Assembly: GCA_002305925.1 (NCBI GenBank)
Contig: DBRL01000014.1
Span: 34,402-98,401 of the forward strand
DNA: 64,000 nucleotides
Source of the DNA: Candidatus Peregrinibacteria bacterium UBA1369
GTDB taxonomy: Bacteria > Patescibacteriota > Gracilibacteria > UBA1369
Direction of reading: 5' to 3'
The translations under genes were made by a program, and so were the position numbers. The notes below the pieces were generated by a model that was not told the DNA's origin, ran no database searches, and saw only the letters and a program-made list of their open reading frames with translations. The stretch's first letter is position 1, and every line of letters starts with the position of its first letter. Shown piece after piece: positions 8,879 through 18,711 of this stretch.

Positions 8879-9628
8879 ATGCTTTTTAAAATCAATACTA
8901 TTGTCGGTCACCGCGGCTGTGCGCTGGTCGATCAGAACAACACGGTGGAAGCCTTTCTGAAAGCGGTTCAATGCGGGGCTGAAATGGTGGAAATGGACGT
9001 GCGTCGCACGCGCGACGGAGTGATCGTGGTTTTCCATGACGCCGAAGTGGACGGCCTGCGGCTGCGCGGCTACAACTATGAGGAATTGGTCGAGCGGGCC
9101 AATGCTGCCGGACTGGTCCTGCCCACCCTCGACCATGTGCTGGAAAGTCTGGAGGGGAAAGTGCAGCTGGACGTGGAATTAAAAGAAGCAGGCTACGAAA
9201 AGGAAGTGGTGGGCAAAATCCTACAGCGCTTCACGCCGGCGGAATTTGTGATGACCAGCTTTCTCGACCGCTCCATACTGACGGTCAAAAGACACTTTCC
9301 CACGGTAAAAGCCGGTCTGATTTTGGGCGTGAGCCATCTGGACGGGGAGTTTAGCTGGGGCGGGCTGCGAAAAATTTCACAGAGAATAAGTGAATTCTTT
9401 CCCTGGCGCCGGATGAAAGCCTGTGCCGCTGATTTTCTGGCTGTAAACAAACGGAATCTGCTCTTCGGACTGTTGCGCGGCGCCAAAAAAAGACATGTTC
9501 CCGTGCTGGTCTGGACGGTCAATGACCCTGTGGAAATGCACAAACTGCTGGAAACACGCCTGGTGGCCGGTCTGGCCACTGACAGGCCGGATCTGGCCGT
9601 GCGGCAGAGAAACCTTCTCGCCAGATAG
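8879..9628 (+). CDS. glycerophosphodiester phosphodiesterase family protein
   Basis: GHRG...NTVEAF...GAEMVEMDVRRTRDGVIVVFHD is the GDPD catalytic signature. The ATG at 8879 is preferred over the tracked TTG at 8867. Confidence 0.85.
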   Translation: MLFKINTIVGHRGCALVDQNNTVEAFLKAVQCGAEMVEMDVRRTRDGVIVVFHDAEVDGLRLRGYNYEELVERANAAGLVLPTLDHVLESLEGKVQLDVELKEAGYEKEVVGKILQRFTPAEFVMTSFLDRSILTVKRHFPTVKAGLILGVSHLDGEFSWGGLRKISQRISEFFPWRRMKACAADFLAVNKRNLLFGLLRGAKKRHVPVLVWTVNDPVEMHKLLETRLVAGLATDRPDLAVRQRNLLAR

Positions 9629-9727
9629 ATTGCAGCTATCCGCCGGGGTAGTCAGCAGCCAGCGTGCTGCTTTGCCTTTTGTGCTTTTTATGCTATAATA
9701 ATATGATTATTATTTTTGGGCTGACTG

Positions 9728-11743
9728 ATGCTGCGAAAACTAACACAAAGTCTGCTGCTGACCGCCACCGTTTCTCTGCTGGCCGTCAATTCTACCGGCG
9801 CGCTGTCACTTACCCCGTCATTGTCCCCCCTCCTGCAAACCGCTCCAACCACGCAGATCTCTCCGTCGGTGGTGGATCAGCTAAAAACCCTCACACCCAC
9901 GGATACGCTGCAAGGCTGTTCCGGCGCGGTGGTTTCGACCGGCCCGTTGTCCAACAATCAGTACACCTTTGATGTGCAGTGGCTGGTCAAACATGATCTG
10001 GCCCAGGTTTTTTATTACCTTTACATCAATGATGACCAGAAAGTGGTTAGTCAGCGGCATGAAGGCTTGGCCGGTGGCATCAAAAGCCCTCATACCGTCG
10101 CCGCGAAGTACTCCCTGCCCGCCAAAGACAAATCCAAGACCATCAAATTGACTGTGTATGTAACCGATATCTGGAATACGATAGTCAAACAGCCCGTAAC
10201 CTGCCAAGTGACGCTGACCAACCCCAATCAGGTCGACGTAATGTTGCAGACAGACTGGCAAAGACTTCCTCTGTTTAGCAGTTCAGGAACTTCCACGCCG
10301 TCCGAGCCCGAACCGGCGCAGGAAACGGAGGACGCGTCTTCCGGCAGCGGCACTACCCAAAACGGGATTGTGACCGAAACTTCCATATCCAGCGGACAGT
10401 CAGGCAGTGGAACATCTTCCACCGGCAGCTCCAGCGGTTCGGTTGGGGGCACCTCTTCAGCCGTCAATACCGGTGCTACGGCTGGCAGCAGTGGAACCGC
10501 TTCCTCCGCTCCATCCGCCAGCGCTACCAGTACGGGGACTTCCACTGGCGCAGACGAGGCCCCCCAGCTGATGCGCAGTCCGGACATTTTGACCTGCAAA
10601 GGTACGGCCCAAACACTTTATTTTGAGAATGACCTGCCGGCTTTCGACTGGATGGGGGCAAATTGCGTACTGAGTATCAATGCCCTGGTGCAGGCCGGTA
10701 TTTACGCCGAAGCCTATGACCCAAAGGCCGAAGATAACTCTGGTAACCTGATTAAAGCCCTTTCATTGGAAGAACTGAAAAAAAGTGGCCGTCTGTATTA
10801 CAGCTGGAAAGGCTATGACGACTATGATCAGCCAACCGAGCCCGGTAAATACAAGCTGGTGGTGGAGGCCCGGCCCGGTACCGCCTTCTCACCTGATATT
10901 TCGATACATACTTTTGTAATTGAAAATTCACCCGAGGCGGCGCCGCAGGCGGCCGAAGCAACGGCAGGGGTTGGCGCGGCCAACGGAACAGCGGGGACAG
11001 CTGCGGCCGGCGCGACGGCCGGTACAGCCAGCGGAGAAAATCTGCGCGGCGCCGCCGAGGAGGAGCCCTCACCCGGTCTGCTGGAACAGTTGAATCAGGC
11101 AGTTTTTGGCGAAGGAGAGGCGAATAAAGCCCAAGAAACAGTCCAGTCCCGGGTGGCCAGCAAATGCCCGAACACTTTTTATCCGACCGATATTGCCGGA
11201 CATCCTTTTGAAACACTGATCAAAAAAGCCTATGACGAATGTCTGGTGCGAGGCTATACCGATGGAACTTTTCGGGCCGACCAAGGACTGACCCGTGCCG
11301 AAGCCACCAAAATTATTGTGCTGGCCTCCGGCAAGGTGGCCAAGCAGGGCTGTTATGACGCCGACTGCGGCAGCCCCTTTGACGACCTGGAGATGTGGCA
11401 GGGGCCCTGGGTCAGGGCGGCCTGGGACCTGAAAATCGTCTCTGGAATAGGAAAAAACGTCTTTGCGCCCAACCGTGCTTTGACCCGCGCCGAAGCGGCC
11501 GCCCTGACCATGAAGGCCTTTAATATTCCGCTTCATTACGGTTGTTACAACGCCCATTGCGGAGCCGGTCTGCCCGATGATCCGTTTAACGACATTGTCC
11601 AGATGTGGCAGGGGCCCTATCTGCGTGCGCTCTGGGACAAAGGAGTACTGCACACACTGACACCGGGCCGTTTCTATCCGGATCAGCCGATTACCCGCGG
11701 ACAGTTTATTGAACTGACTTATCTGGTCAAGAGTCTTAAATAA
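9728..11743 (+). CDS. secreted surface protein with Ser/Gly/Thr-rich linkers and three C-terminal SLH-like repeats
   Basis: Signal-like N-terminus (LLLTATVSLLAVNS). Low-complexity SGT tract at about aa 180-280. Three repeats of the type F.D.....W....I..A...GI..G......F.P...LTRAEAA (e.g. FYPTDIAGHPFETLIKKAYDECLVRGYTDGTFRADQGLTRAEATKIIV). Confidence 0.7.
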   Translation: MLRKLTQSLLLTATVSLLAVNSTGALSLTPSLSPLLQTAPTTQISPSVVDQLKTLTPTDTLQGCSGAVVSTGPLSNNQYTFDVQWLVKHDLAQVFYYLYINDDQKVVSQRHEGLAGGIKSPHTVAAKYSLPAKDKSKTIKLTVYVTDIWNTIVKQPVTCQVTLTNPNQVDVMLQTDWQRLPLFSSSGTSTPSEPEPAQETEDASSGSGTTQNGIVTETSISSGQSGSGTSSTGSSSGSVGGTSSAVNTGATAGSSGTASSAPSASATSTGTSTGADEAPQLMRSPDILTCKGTAQTLYFENDLPAFDWMGANCVLSINALVQAGIYAEAYDPKAEDNSGNLIKALSLEELKKSGRLYYSWKGYDDYDQPTEPGKYKLVVEARPGTAFSPDISIHTFVIENSPEAAPQAAEATAGVGAANGTAGTAAAGATAGTASGENLRGAAEEEPSPGLLEQLNQAVFGEGEANKAQETVQSRVASKCPNTFYPTDIAGHPFETLIKKAYDECLVRGYTDGTFRADQGLTRAEATKIIVLASGKVAKQGCYDADCGSPFDDLEMWQGPWVRAAWDLKIVSGIGKNVFAPNRALTRAEAAALTMKAFNIPLHYGCYNAHCGAGLPDDPFNDIVQMWQGPYLRALWDKGVLHTLTPGRFYPDQPITRGQFIELTYLVKSLK

Positions 11744-12837
11744 TCTGCGGCGATAGTGCGTAAACGGGGGTTGTCATCGGTGGCGGCGATTTTTTCGATC
11801 AGTGGCAGCAGCAGCGGGCGAAAATTTTCCGGCTGTTCCCGGATAGCGTTGGCAGCTGCATTGAGAGCATTTTTGATCATTCCTTCCCGCTTTGGGCGCA
11901 TCAGCGGTGAGCCGGCGAATCGCTCCAGGAATTGACGGTCGTCGGAGATTTGCAGAATTTCCTCCAGTGGAATCGCATCGCCGGCGATTGGGCGGGCAGT
12001 AAATTCGCGATGGCTGGCCGGCCGGGCATGGGCGAGATTGTAGGGACACACCTCCTGGCAAATATCACAGCCCATGATCAAATTGCCGCAGGCACGGGAA
12101 AATTCTGCCGGTATGGCAGCCCTGTTTTCGATAGTCAGGTAGCTGATGCAGCGGCGTGCGTCCATGCGGCCGGGGGCGATGAGCGCGGCGGTCGGGCAGG
12201 CGTCCAGGCAGCGGGTGCAGGTCCCGCAGCCGGGAGTGCGAGCACCTGACACTGCAGAGGTCGCAGTGGAGGACGAAGGCGATGCTGTGTCTGTTGCCGG
12301 CCAGGTTAGCGGCGCCAGTTCCAGAGTAGTCAGGACTTCTCCGAGCAGGAAAAAAGAGCCGAGCTGAGAATTGATTAAAACCCCGTTTTTGCCATAAAAC
12401 CCCAGCCCGGCCCGCCGGGCATAGACTTTTTCCATTAGGGGGGCCGAATCGACACAGAGGCGATGACCGTGTCCGGGATAGTTTTCTTCCAGGTAGGTGA
12501 TCAGCCGCCGCAGAATTTTTTGAAAAATTTTGTGATAATCCCGGCCCCAGGCGTAGCGCGCCACCCGTCCCTGTCCCGCCGGAGTGGGCAGTTTGGGTCG
12601 GTAATAATTGATACCGAGTACAAGCACTGATTGAACACCGGGTAGAAGCCCCGCCGGGTCACTGCGCAACTTATGATTTTCCAGATAATGCATCTCTCCC
12701 TGCAGTCCCTCTGACGTGAATTGACGCAAATTTTCAGCGGCAGGCAGGTCAATTTCGGCGCTACAAATGCCAAACAGATCGGCGCCCAGTTCGCCGATAA
12801 CAAATTCACGGAGCTGGCGGGATGTTTCCGGCGGCAT
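11719..12837 (-). CDS. queG: tRNA epoxyqueuosine(34) reductase
   Basis: Two ferredoxin-type clusters (CGTCTRCLDACPT; CDICQEVCPYN) and a HEAT-like C-terminus. Start placed at Met20 (MPPETSRQL), which overlaps the upstream stop as TGATG. The tracked ORF runs to 12894. Confidence 0.85.
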   Translation of the reverse strand: MPPETSRQLREFVIGELGADLFGICSAEIDLPAAENLRQFTSEGLQGEMHYLENHKLRSDPAGLLPGVQSVLVLGINYYRPKLPTPAGQGRVARYAWGRDYHKIFQKILRRLITYLEENYPGHGHRLCVDSAPLMEKVYARRAGLGFYGKNGVLINSQLGSFFLLGEVLTTLELAPLTWPATDTASPSSSTATSAVSGARTPGCGTCTRCLDACPTAALIAPGRMDARRCISYLTIENRAAIPAEFSRACGNLIMGCDICQEVCPYNLAHARPASHREFTARPIAGDAIPLEEILQISDDRQFLERFAGSPLMRPKREGMIKNALNAAANAIREQPENFRPLLLPLIEKIAATDDNPRLRTIAADYLRLLTR

Positions 12838-13376
12838 CAGAGCACGACCAGGTTGACCCTCTGTTCCGTATTCAGCTGATTGATGATTTGACATTCGGCC
12901 GGTTGATCCAGGGTAAATTCAACGGTTTCTCCGCCGGGAATTTCGATGGTCGCACCCAGTAGCGGGCAGACCTCCGCCCCTCCGGCAGTTGTGTAGAGGT
13001 CGACCTGCCGATCGAGCGAGTTGTAAATCATCAGAGTGTCGCCAGCGGTCGCGGCCAGGTCGGCCGGTAGCATACCGTTGGCGTCAATCACCACTCCCTT
13101 TTTTCCGGCTAATGCAGTCGGTTCATTAGCGTTTTGCAGCAACATACTGTCGCCGGCGACTGGCCCCGTCACCTGCAAACCGCCCAGGTCGACCGTGACA
13201 TCTTCAGCGGTTTCATTTTCACCAACGGTAATTTTGACCTGCGAGGAGGAACTGGCCTTGTCCACTTCAGCAAGTTTTTCTTCTTCCGGAGCCACTTCTT
13301 TGACACCGGCAGGTTCACTCTGACAGGCGGAAAGAATCAGTAGCGCGGGCAGAAGAATCATTAGCATTTTTTTCAT
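12837..13376 (-). CDS. lipoprotein, function unknown
   Basis: Lipobox MKKMLMILLPALLILSAC. No other motif recognised. Confidence 0.6.
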   Translation of the reverse strand: MKKMLMILLPALLILSACQSEPAGVKEVAPEEEKLAEVDKASSSSQVKITVGENETAEDVTVDLGGLQVTGPVAGDSMLLQNANEPTALAGKKGVVIDANGMLPADLAATAGDTLMIYNSLDRQVDLYTTAGGAEVCPLLGATIEIPGGETVEFTLDQPAECQIINQLNTEQRVNLVVL

Positions 13377-13388
13377 CTGACATGGGGG

Positions 13389-13808
13389 TTATGGTGTATA
13401 TGGACAGCCGCTCCAGACGGCCAGAGACTCCAGGCGCTGCACTCCCACCAAGGGGGTCGAGCCCGGCTTCTGCCAGGTGGGGTAGGCTTCTATGCCTGCA
13501 GCAATGCACGCATCGGGGTTACCGTTGGAACCTCCGGCATCACATTCGACATAATTCAAATTAACCAGCCCGTCGCCAAACATGGCCTTTTGACTGTTGC
13601 AATGCGAGCACCAGTAGGCCCCGTAAAGCTTGGCGCCCTTGTCGCTGAGACAGGCGGCTAATTCGGCGGTGGGAGCGGGCGACTGGATGGAGGCGGGAAT
13701 GGCAGCCGGGGGCATTGCAGCAGTTGGCGGCATGGCAGCCGGCGCTTGCTGGAAGCCCAGGAAGAGACCAAAAAATGCGACTAAATAAGTGATGACTCCT
13801 GTGGACAT
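13389..13808 (-). CDS. membrane-anchored thioredoxin-like oxidoreductase (VKOR-partner type)
   Basis: Start at MSTGVITYLVAFFGLFLGF (TM anchor). LYGAYWCSHCNSQKAMFG...YVECD...CIAAGIEAYPTW resembles the Trx-like domain that is fused to VKOR in other bacteria. Confidence 0.7.
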   Translation of the reverse strand: MSTGVITYLVAFFGLFLGFQQAPAAMPPTAAMPPAAIPASIQSPAPTAELAACLSDKGAKLYGAYWCSHCNSQKAMFGDGLVNLNYVECDAGGSNGNPDACIAAGIEAYPTWQKPGSTPLVGVQRLESLAVWSGCPYTP

Positions 13809-13821
13809 AATAGGCTGTGGT

Positions 13822-14415
13822 TTATTGATTATCGGCTGGCTGACTGTCCGTGGCGACGCTGTCGGAGGGGACGGTTCTGCCGACCGGCTCGGGCTGTCCG
13901 GTTTCTCCCGGTAGAAGTTCCCTGGCAGGATCGGAAGAGGTTTCTCCGCTGGCGGCAGTATCAATCATGCTCTGTCCGGACGCCTCCAGAGCTTCCTCGG
14001 CCTGTCGAAGCTGTTCGAGATCCTCTGCCGGAAGCTGATCCTGGCAGTTAGCCAGCTTGGCTATGACAAAAATCGGGTTGCGGCCGATCAGATTTCCCTG
14101 GCCGGGGAAAAACCAGGTGGGAAAGCTGCTGACTCCGGCGTCCAGACAGGCCTTGCGATCACCGTTGGGGCCGTTGTCGTCGCATTCGACATAGGTAATA
14201 AACTGTGAATCGCTGCCAAAATCCTGGCGCTGGGCCTGGCAATGGGGGCACCAATAGGCGCCATAGAGAATTACACCCTTTTCAGTCAGACACTGGGCCA
14301 CTCCGGCATATTTCCCAGGTGGCTGGGGGCCGCCGCCACTGCAGGCAGTCAGGACAACTGCCGTAATAAGTAAGAGGGGCACGGCTTTAAAATGTTGTAA
14401 AAAACTCTTGTTCAT
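13822..14415 (-). CDS. thioredoxin-like lipoprotein, paralog of the downstream gene
   Basis: Lipobox LLITAVVLTAC. LYGAYWCPHCQAQRQDFG...YVECDDNGPNGDRKACLDAGVSSFPTW. Acidic, Pro-rich C-terminal tail. Confidence 0.7.
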   Translation of the reverse strand: MNKSFLQHFKAVPLLLITAVVLTACSGGGPQPPGKYAGVAQCLTEKGVILYGAYWCPHCQAQRQDFGSDSQFITYVECDDNGPNGDRKACLDAGVSSFPTWFFPGQGNLIGRNPIFVIAKLANCQDQLPAEDLEQLRQAEEALEASGQSMIDTAASGETSSDPARELLPGETGQPEPVGRTVPSDSVATDSQPADNQ

Positions 14416-14523
14416 AGTAGAATTTGAAACTTATAGTTAGGTTCTGGTTGCCTTTTTCGCTATGACATTATACACAGATTGACTGGTTTGGGAATTTAAT
14501 TTGGCAATAACCACAACAATACG

Positions 14524-14979
14524 ATGGGTGGGGAAACAGGAAAAAAGAACGGCGTTGATTACAATGATGTTTTTCAGGTGGTCGAAATGATCCTGGACGA
14601 ACTCGACTGTAAAAACCATTTTACCCGTTCACGGGTATTCATTCTGGCCAATCAGGTTTTGGCACACGGCAAGATGTCTTTGGGAGAACTGGCACTATTT
14701 CTGCGCTTTCATGGCGCGGACGACTTCTGTATGCGTCTGGGGGACTCGACGGACGATATACCAACTACTCCCGCTATTCCGGCGGCCAAGGAACTGCATC
14801 ACTCACCTACAAAAATCGGGCTGCCGGCCGTGGACCCAAACAGGAGCCTGCTGTCGAACATCCAGGAAATTTCCGGCAACATTTCACGGGCGCTGGATTC
14901 CGCAAACAGCAGCTCCTCGCTGCCGGCCATAACCGATGAAGCCTCGGCACCTTCCTCGCGGCGGTGGGCCAGGGAGTAG
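14524..14979 (+). CDS. hypothetical protein
   Basis: 151-aa ORF occupying an otherwise empty interval. No motif recognised. Confidence 0.35.
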   Translation: MGGETGKKNGVDYNDVFQVVEMILDELDCKNHFTRSRVFILANQVLAHGKMSLGELALFLRFHGADDFCMRLGDSTDDIPTTPAIPAAKELHHSPTKIGLPAVDPNRSLLSNIQEISGNISRALDSANSSSSLPAITDEASAPSSRRWARE

Positions 14980-15092
14980 GCCTGGTGATGGCAAACTTAG
15001 ATTTTTTGTGATAATAAAAAGTAAGTCGGTAAGTCGCCCGCAGCCAACCGATTGCCGCCGCGCATCTTTTAGCCCTTTCCCCGCGCACAGCC

Positions 15093-15719
15093 ATGACCTC
15101 GTTTTTACCGGATTCAATTGAAAAAGTTATTGATGAATTCTCCCGTCTGCCGGGTATTGGCCCCAAGTCCGCCCAGCGACTGGCCATGCACCTGCTGCAT
15201 TCCCCGGAAATGCGGGTGGACGCACTGGCCTCTGCCGTGGCCGGTATGAAGAAGGGCCTGCGTTTTTGTGAAAAATGTTTCAATATATCCAACGGCGAAC
15301 TCTGTAATTTTTGCGCCGATCCACTGCGGCAACAGGAGCTGATTTGTGTGGTGGAAGATATTCTCGACGTAATCGCCCTGGAACGGACGGGACAATTCAA
15401 GGGTTTGTATCATGTGCTGCACGGTGTTTTGTCGCCGGTGGACGGTATCGGGCCGGAACAAATCAAAGCCGGGGATCTGAAAAGCCGGATTGAAGAAATG
15501 TTGTCCGGCGGGGTAACCGCTGCCAGCATGGAGATCATTGTCGCCACCAATCCTTCACTGGAAGGCGAAACAACCGCATTGTACCTAACCAAACTGCTAA
15601 AACCGCTGGGCGTGCGGGTGACCCGAATCGGTCGCGGCCTGCCGGCCGGGGGCGATCTGGACTATGCCGACGAAGTAACGCTGACCCGGGCTTTGCAGGG
15701 CCGGCTGGAGTATATATAG
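15093..15719 (+). CDS. recR: recombination protein RecR
   Basis: LPGIGPKSAQRLAMHLL (HhH), the CEKCFNISNGELCNFC zinc finger, and a Toprim segment. Confidence 0.95.
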   Translation: MTSFLPDSIEKVIDEFSRLPGIGPKSAQRLAMHLLHSPEMRVDALASAVAGMKKGLRFCEKCFNISNGELCNFCADPLRQQELICVVEDILDVIALERTGQFKGLYHVLHGVLSPVDGIGPEQIKAGDLKSRIEEMLSGGVTAASMEIIVATNPSLEGETTALYLTKLLKPLGVRVTRIGRGLPAGGDLDYADEVTLTRALQGRLEYI

Positions 15720-15749
15720 GTCTAAAAAGATCTTGATCAGGGAAGTGCC

Positions 15750-15780
15750 GGACAGGCCCGCCCGCAGGGCGGGCCTGTCC
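15750..15780. terminator. 14-bp perfect hairpin between convergent recR and the M23 peptidase gene
   Basis: GGACAGGCCCGCCC-gca-GGGCGGGCCTGTCC. No strong U-tract on either side, so the call as a bidirectional terminator is tentative. Confidence 0.5.
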
Positions 15781-15796
15781 TGATGTGTTCGTGCGG

Positions 15797-17827
15797 TTAC
15801 TCACACTGCCGGTAGACAGTGGTGATGCCGCTATAGTAGGTGCAGGCCGGGGAGGCGCACCCCGTGGGGGAGTGGACTTCCACGATCAGCCCGGCACCGT
15901 TGATGGGGCCATTTTGAGTGAGGTAACTGAAGTCGGCGTTGCGCCAGACCGTGCAGGAAGCCCCGTAGTCCTGCAGGAACGGTCCGCCGAAATGGTGGGA
16001 GAGATGGTTCTGGTCAAGCAGCTGGTAGCTGATCTGGTTCTGAAAAGTTCCGCTTTGCTTGCAAAGGCGCCAGCTTGCAGTGCCGCCGCCTGGCGAACCG
16101 AGTTCCAGGCAGAGGGTGGGGGAGCCGGAGGACTGGGTGTTTTGGTGGCAGCTGGCGCCGGAGGGGCTGGCGTAGTAGTTGACCGTACAGCCCCCGGTGC
16201 CGCCCACGCCGCTTTCGGCAGACCCTCCCGCGCCTCCGTCCGGCGGGCTGACCCCAGCGTCAGTTCCGCCGGCACCGGCGGAGCCTGCGTCGTTGCCGGC
16301 ACTGTCGGGCGGGCCGGCGTCGGCGTTTCCAGGCAGCACATAGCCACCCCCGAGGGGACAGGCTTCCCCGTCCTGCGGCACGCAGGCCGGCAGAGGTTGG
16401 CAGGTTTGGCTGGCCTGTGCGCAGTAATAACCGCCCGCGCAATTGATGTCCCGGCACGCGTCTTCGCCAGTGCCCCAGAGTTTCTGATGGGCAAGAACCA
16501 GCCATTTGGCCAGTTCGGCGCGATGAACGGGGCTGGCGGGGTAGAATTTGCGGCTGGGGGTTTCCTCTATGAGCCCCTGCTGCCAGGCCACATAAAGATA
16601 AGGAGTGTACCAGGCATGAGGAGCAACGTCCGTAAAGCGCGAGAGCGTATTACTGGCCAGAGGCGCGGCCACGCGCCAGACCCAGTTGTCGTAGAATTCG
16701 AGAAACTCACTGGTAAAGAAGGCGGCCACAACCATTTTGACGGCCTCGGCCCGCGTGACGTCGCGATCCGGGCAGAAATTGTGGCCGTTTTCCGTACAGG
16801 AATTGCCCGCGCCGATGACCGGCAGAACAACCGGTCTGCGGCAAAGCGTGTTGACGTATGGGAAATCGGCATCATGGGGCGGCAGATCATAAAAATAATC
16901 CGGCCAGCCCTGCGTGACGGTTTCAATGCGCGCGGCCACCTTGACCAGCCGCGCCGCCTCCCGCCGCTTGACGACGGTGTCAACTCCAAAGCGCCCGTCA
17001 TACTCTCCGAAATGCCAGCCTTGCCGGCGCGTTTCGCGCGCGTAGGGCCAGCTCCATTGCCAGATCGGGTAGGCGGCGTTGTCCACCGCATACTCGGCGA
17101 AGTAATCAAAGAGCAGCCCCTGAGGGTCGAGGTGCCGTATCAGCTGTGAGCTATTGCCGTAGACGTAACCGTTTCCGTAGACGGCCAGATCATAGATTTT
17201 CAACGTGTTGAGCAGCTCCGTGGCGTTGGCCCAGCGCTTCACCGACAAGTGCAGGTGGGTCGGCCAATTGGGAGTACCTCCTTCCAGCGCCAGGACATCA
17301 CCCGCGGCAACCGTTTCGCAGGCATTGAACCGCCGCGAAGTCGTGTCGTGGTGACGGTCGAAAAAGAGGTGATGGTAGTGGAAAGTGATGATCTCCTCCG
17401 AGTAGGCGTTTGGCCGCGTGGCCAGAATCATCGACTCGCCCCAGCCCTTGGTCGAATTGCCGTTTTCGGAGGCGATGACCAGGCCGTCCTGGATGGACAA
17501 GATTTCGTGTTCTCCCGCCTTGGCGCCCTGCGGATGCAGATCGAGCCCGTCATGCCCATAATAGATTTTTTTACCCTGACAGGCCTGACTGTGGGCGGGG
17601 GGCTGACCGCCACCACTCTGACACCAGCCCTCCGAGTGTGAATTGTTGTAGTTTTGCGTCACGCGCATTTCTGCCATCGGCATCTGCAGGTCGGCAAAAT
17701 CGCCGACCGGCACGTCCGCCGTGGTAAAATCCAGACAGCGCGAGCTGACGATGTCTTCGGCAAGAGCCAGACGGCTCACTGCCGCCAGACAAAGCAGTAC
17801 CAGCAGTGCGTAGTAATAGCGCAGCAT
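15797..17827 (-). CDS. secreted M23-family metallopeptidase with SLH-like repeats and a Cys/Gly-rich C-terminus
   Basis: Signal peptide (LLVLLCLAAVSRLALA). M23 motifs HDGLDL ... THLHLSV. SLH-like segments (FCPDRDVTRAEAVKMVVAAF; FYPASPVHRAELAKWLVLA). Confidence 0.75.
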   Translation of the reverse strand: MLRYYYALLVLLCLAAVSRLALAEDIVSSRCLDFTTADVPVGDFADLQMPMAEMRVTQNYNNSHSEGWCQSGGGQPPAHSQACQGKKIYYGHDGLDLHPQGAKAGEHEILSIQDGLVIASENGNSTKGWGESMILATRPNAYSEEIITFHYHHLFFDRHHDTTSRRFNACETVAAGDVLALEGGTPNWPTHLHLSVKRWANATELLNTLKIYDLAVYGNGYVYGNSSQLIRHLDPQGLLFDYFAEYAVDNAAYPIWQWSWPYARETRRQGWHFGEYDGRFGVDTVVKRREAARLVKVAARIETVTQGWPDYFYDLPPHDADFPYVNTLCRRPVVLPVIGAGNSCTENGHNFCPDRDVTRAEAVKMVVAAFFTSEFLEFYDNWVWRVAAPLASNTLSRFTDVAPHAWYTPYLYVAWQQGLIEETPSRKFYPASPVHRAELAKWLVLAHQKLWGTGEDACRDINCAGGYYCAQASQTCQPLPACVPQDGEACPLGGGYVLPGNADAGPPDSAGNDAGSAGAGGTDAGVSPPDGGAGGSAESGVGGTGGCTVNYYASPSGASCHQNTQSSGSPTLCLELGSPGGGTASWRLCKQSGTFQNQISYQLLDQNHLSHHFGGPFLQDYGASCTVWRNADFSYLTQNGPINGAGLIVEVHSPTGCASPACTYYSGITTVYRQCE

Positions 17828-17857
17828 GTTGTCTTTCTCCTCTCCGTGGCGGCAAGT

Positions 17858-18517
17858 CTAGAGTCCGCCCACTTCTCCGTATTCGGGTTCCGGTTCAAAA
17901 ATTTCGTAGCGGAATTCCAGAGTGGCGATGATTGTTTTCACCACTTCACGGTCGGCGTCGGTGCCGCCGTCCAGCGTGATCATGCGGGTGCGGTCCTGAT
18001 GGCGAAAGAAATACTCTTCCACCCGGCGGTTCTCGTCCATCCAATGCCCCCAGTAACGGAGGAAATAGACGGTCTGCCCGGCCACTTCCAATTCACCCGT
18101 TTCGGCCGGACGGGAACAGTTGAGCCAACTGGTCCAGGGCATTCTTTGTGCCGACTGACAGTCCGCCTGTGCGGCCTGCGTATCACGGGCTTCGCGGGGC
18201 GGAGTCTCCGGCGGCAGATAGAGCGACAAGCTGATAAAAGGCCAGTCATCCCTACCCAGCCCGCTGCCCCTGAGCGCCCCCCGATCCGAGGGGCTGACCT
18301 CCCATCCCACCGGCACCTCGAAGTAAGGCACCCAGGTAGGTTTGGAAGGATCATAAATATTGTCCGGCAAAGGCCGCTCTTCTTTCGCGCGGCCGGCGTC
18401 GGTTTCCAACACCGGCACCGTCGGCCCGCGAAACGGGCCGACGGGTGAATCTTCCGTCTGGCAGCCGGCCGTGGCCAGGCCCAGCAGGATCAATGCAAAT
18501 ACTTGTGATTGGCGCAT
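17858..18517 (-). CDS. lipoprotein, function unknown
   Basis: Lipobox LILLGLATAGC. Confidence 0.55.
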   Translation of the reverse strand: MRQSQVFALILLGLATAGCQTEDSPVGPFRGPTVPVLETDAGRAKEERPLPDNIYDPSKPTWVPYFEVPVGWEVSPSDRGALRGSGLGRDDWPFISLSLYLPPETPPREARDTQAAQADCQSAQRMPWTSWLNCSRPAETGELEVAGQTVYFLRYWGHWMDENRRVEEYFFRHQDRTRMITLDGGTDADREVVKTIIATLEFRYEIFEPEPEYGEVGGL

Positions 18518-18711
18518 GTGTGTTTCTCCTTGATGTTGCTATCAACGAACGGACCTCTTGTTGGTCCGCAGTCACATTATAATCCACCGCTGACAGGAAG
18601 ATTAAAAATTTGCGGTTTTTTTCCTATGCTTACGCCATTTTATTGACAGGGGACCTAAATTACATATATATTCATGCCCGACTTTGTGTCTCCGTCAAAG
18701 GAGGGTCCGGG

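Noticed and set aside
10260-10570. Repetitive-looking Ser/Gly/Thr-coding tract (and an Ala/Gly tract at ~10930-11040)
   Set aside because: This is low-complexity coding sequence inside a continuous ORF. It has no regular DNA repeat unit and no spacers, so it is neither a CRISPR array nor a tandem repeat.
14807-15400. 197-aa minus-strand ORF
   Set aside because: Antisense to recR, which has unambiguous motifs. Arg/Ser/Cys-rich composition typical of a shadow ORF.
15785-17149. 454-aa + strand ORF (also 15886..16494 and 16567..17109 on the - strand in other frames)
   Set aside because: It lies entirely antisense to, or out of frame with, the well-supported M23 peptidase gene. It is Ala/Gly/Arg/Pro-rich low-complexity sequence, typical of shadow ORFs in GC-rich DNA.
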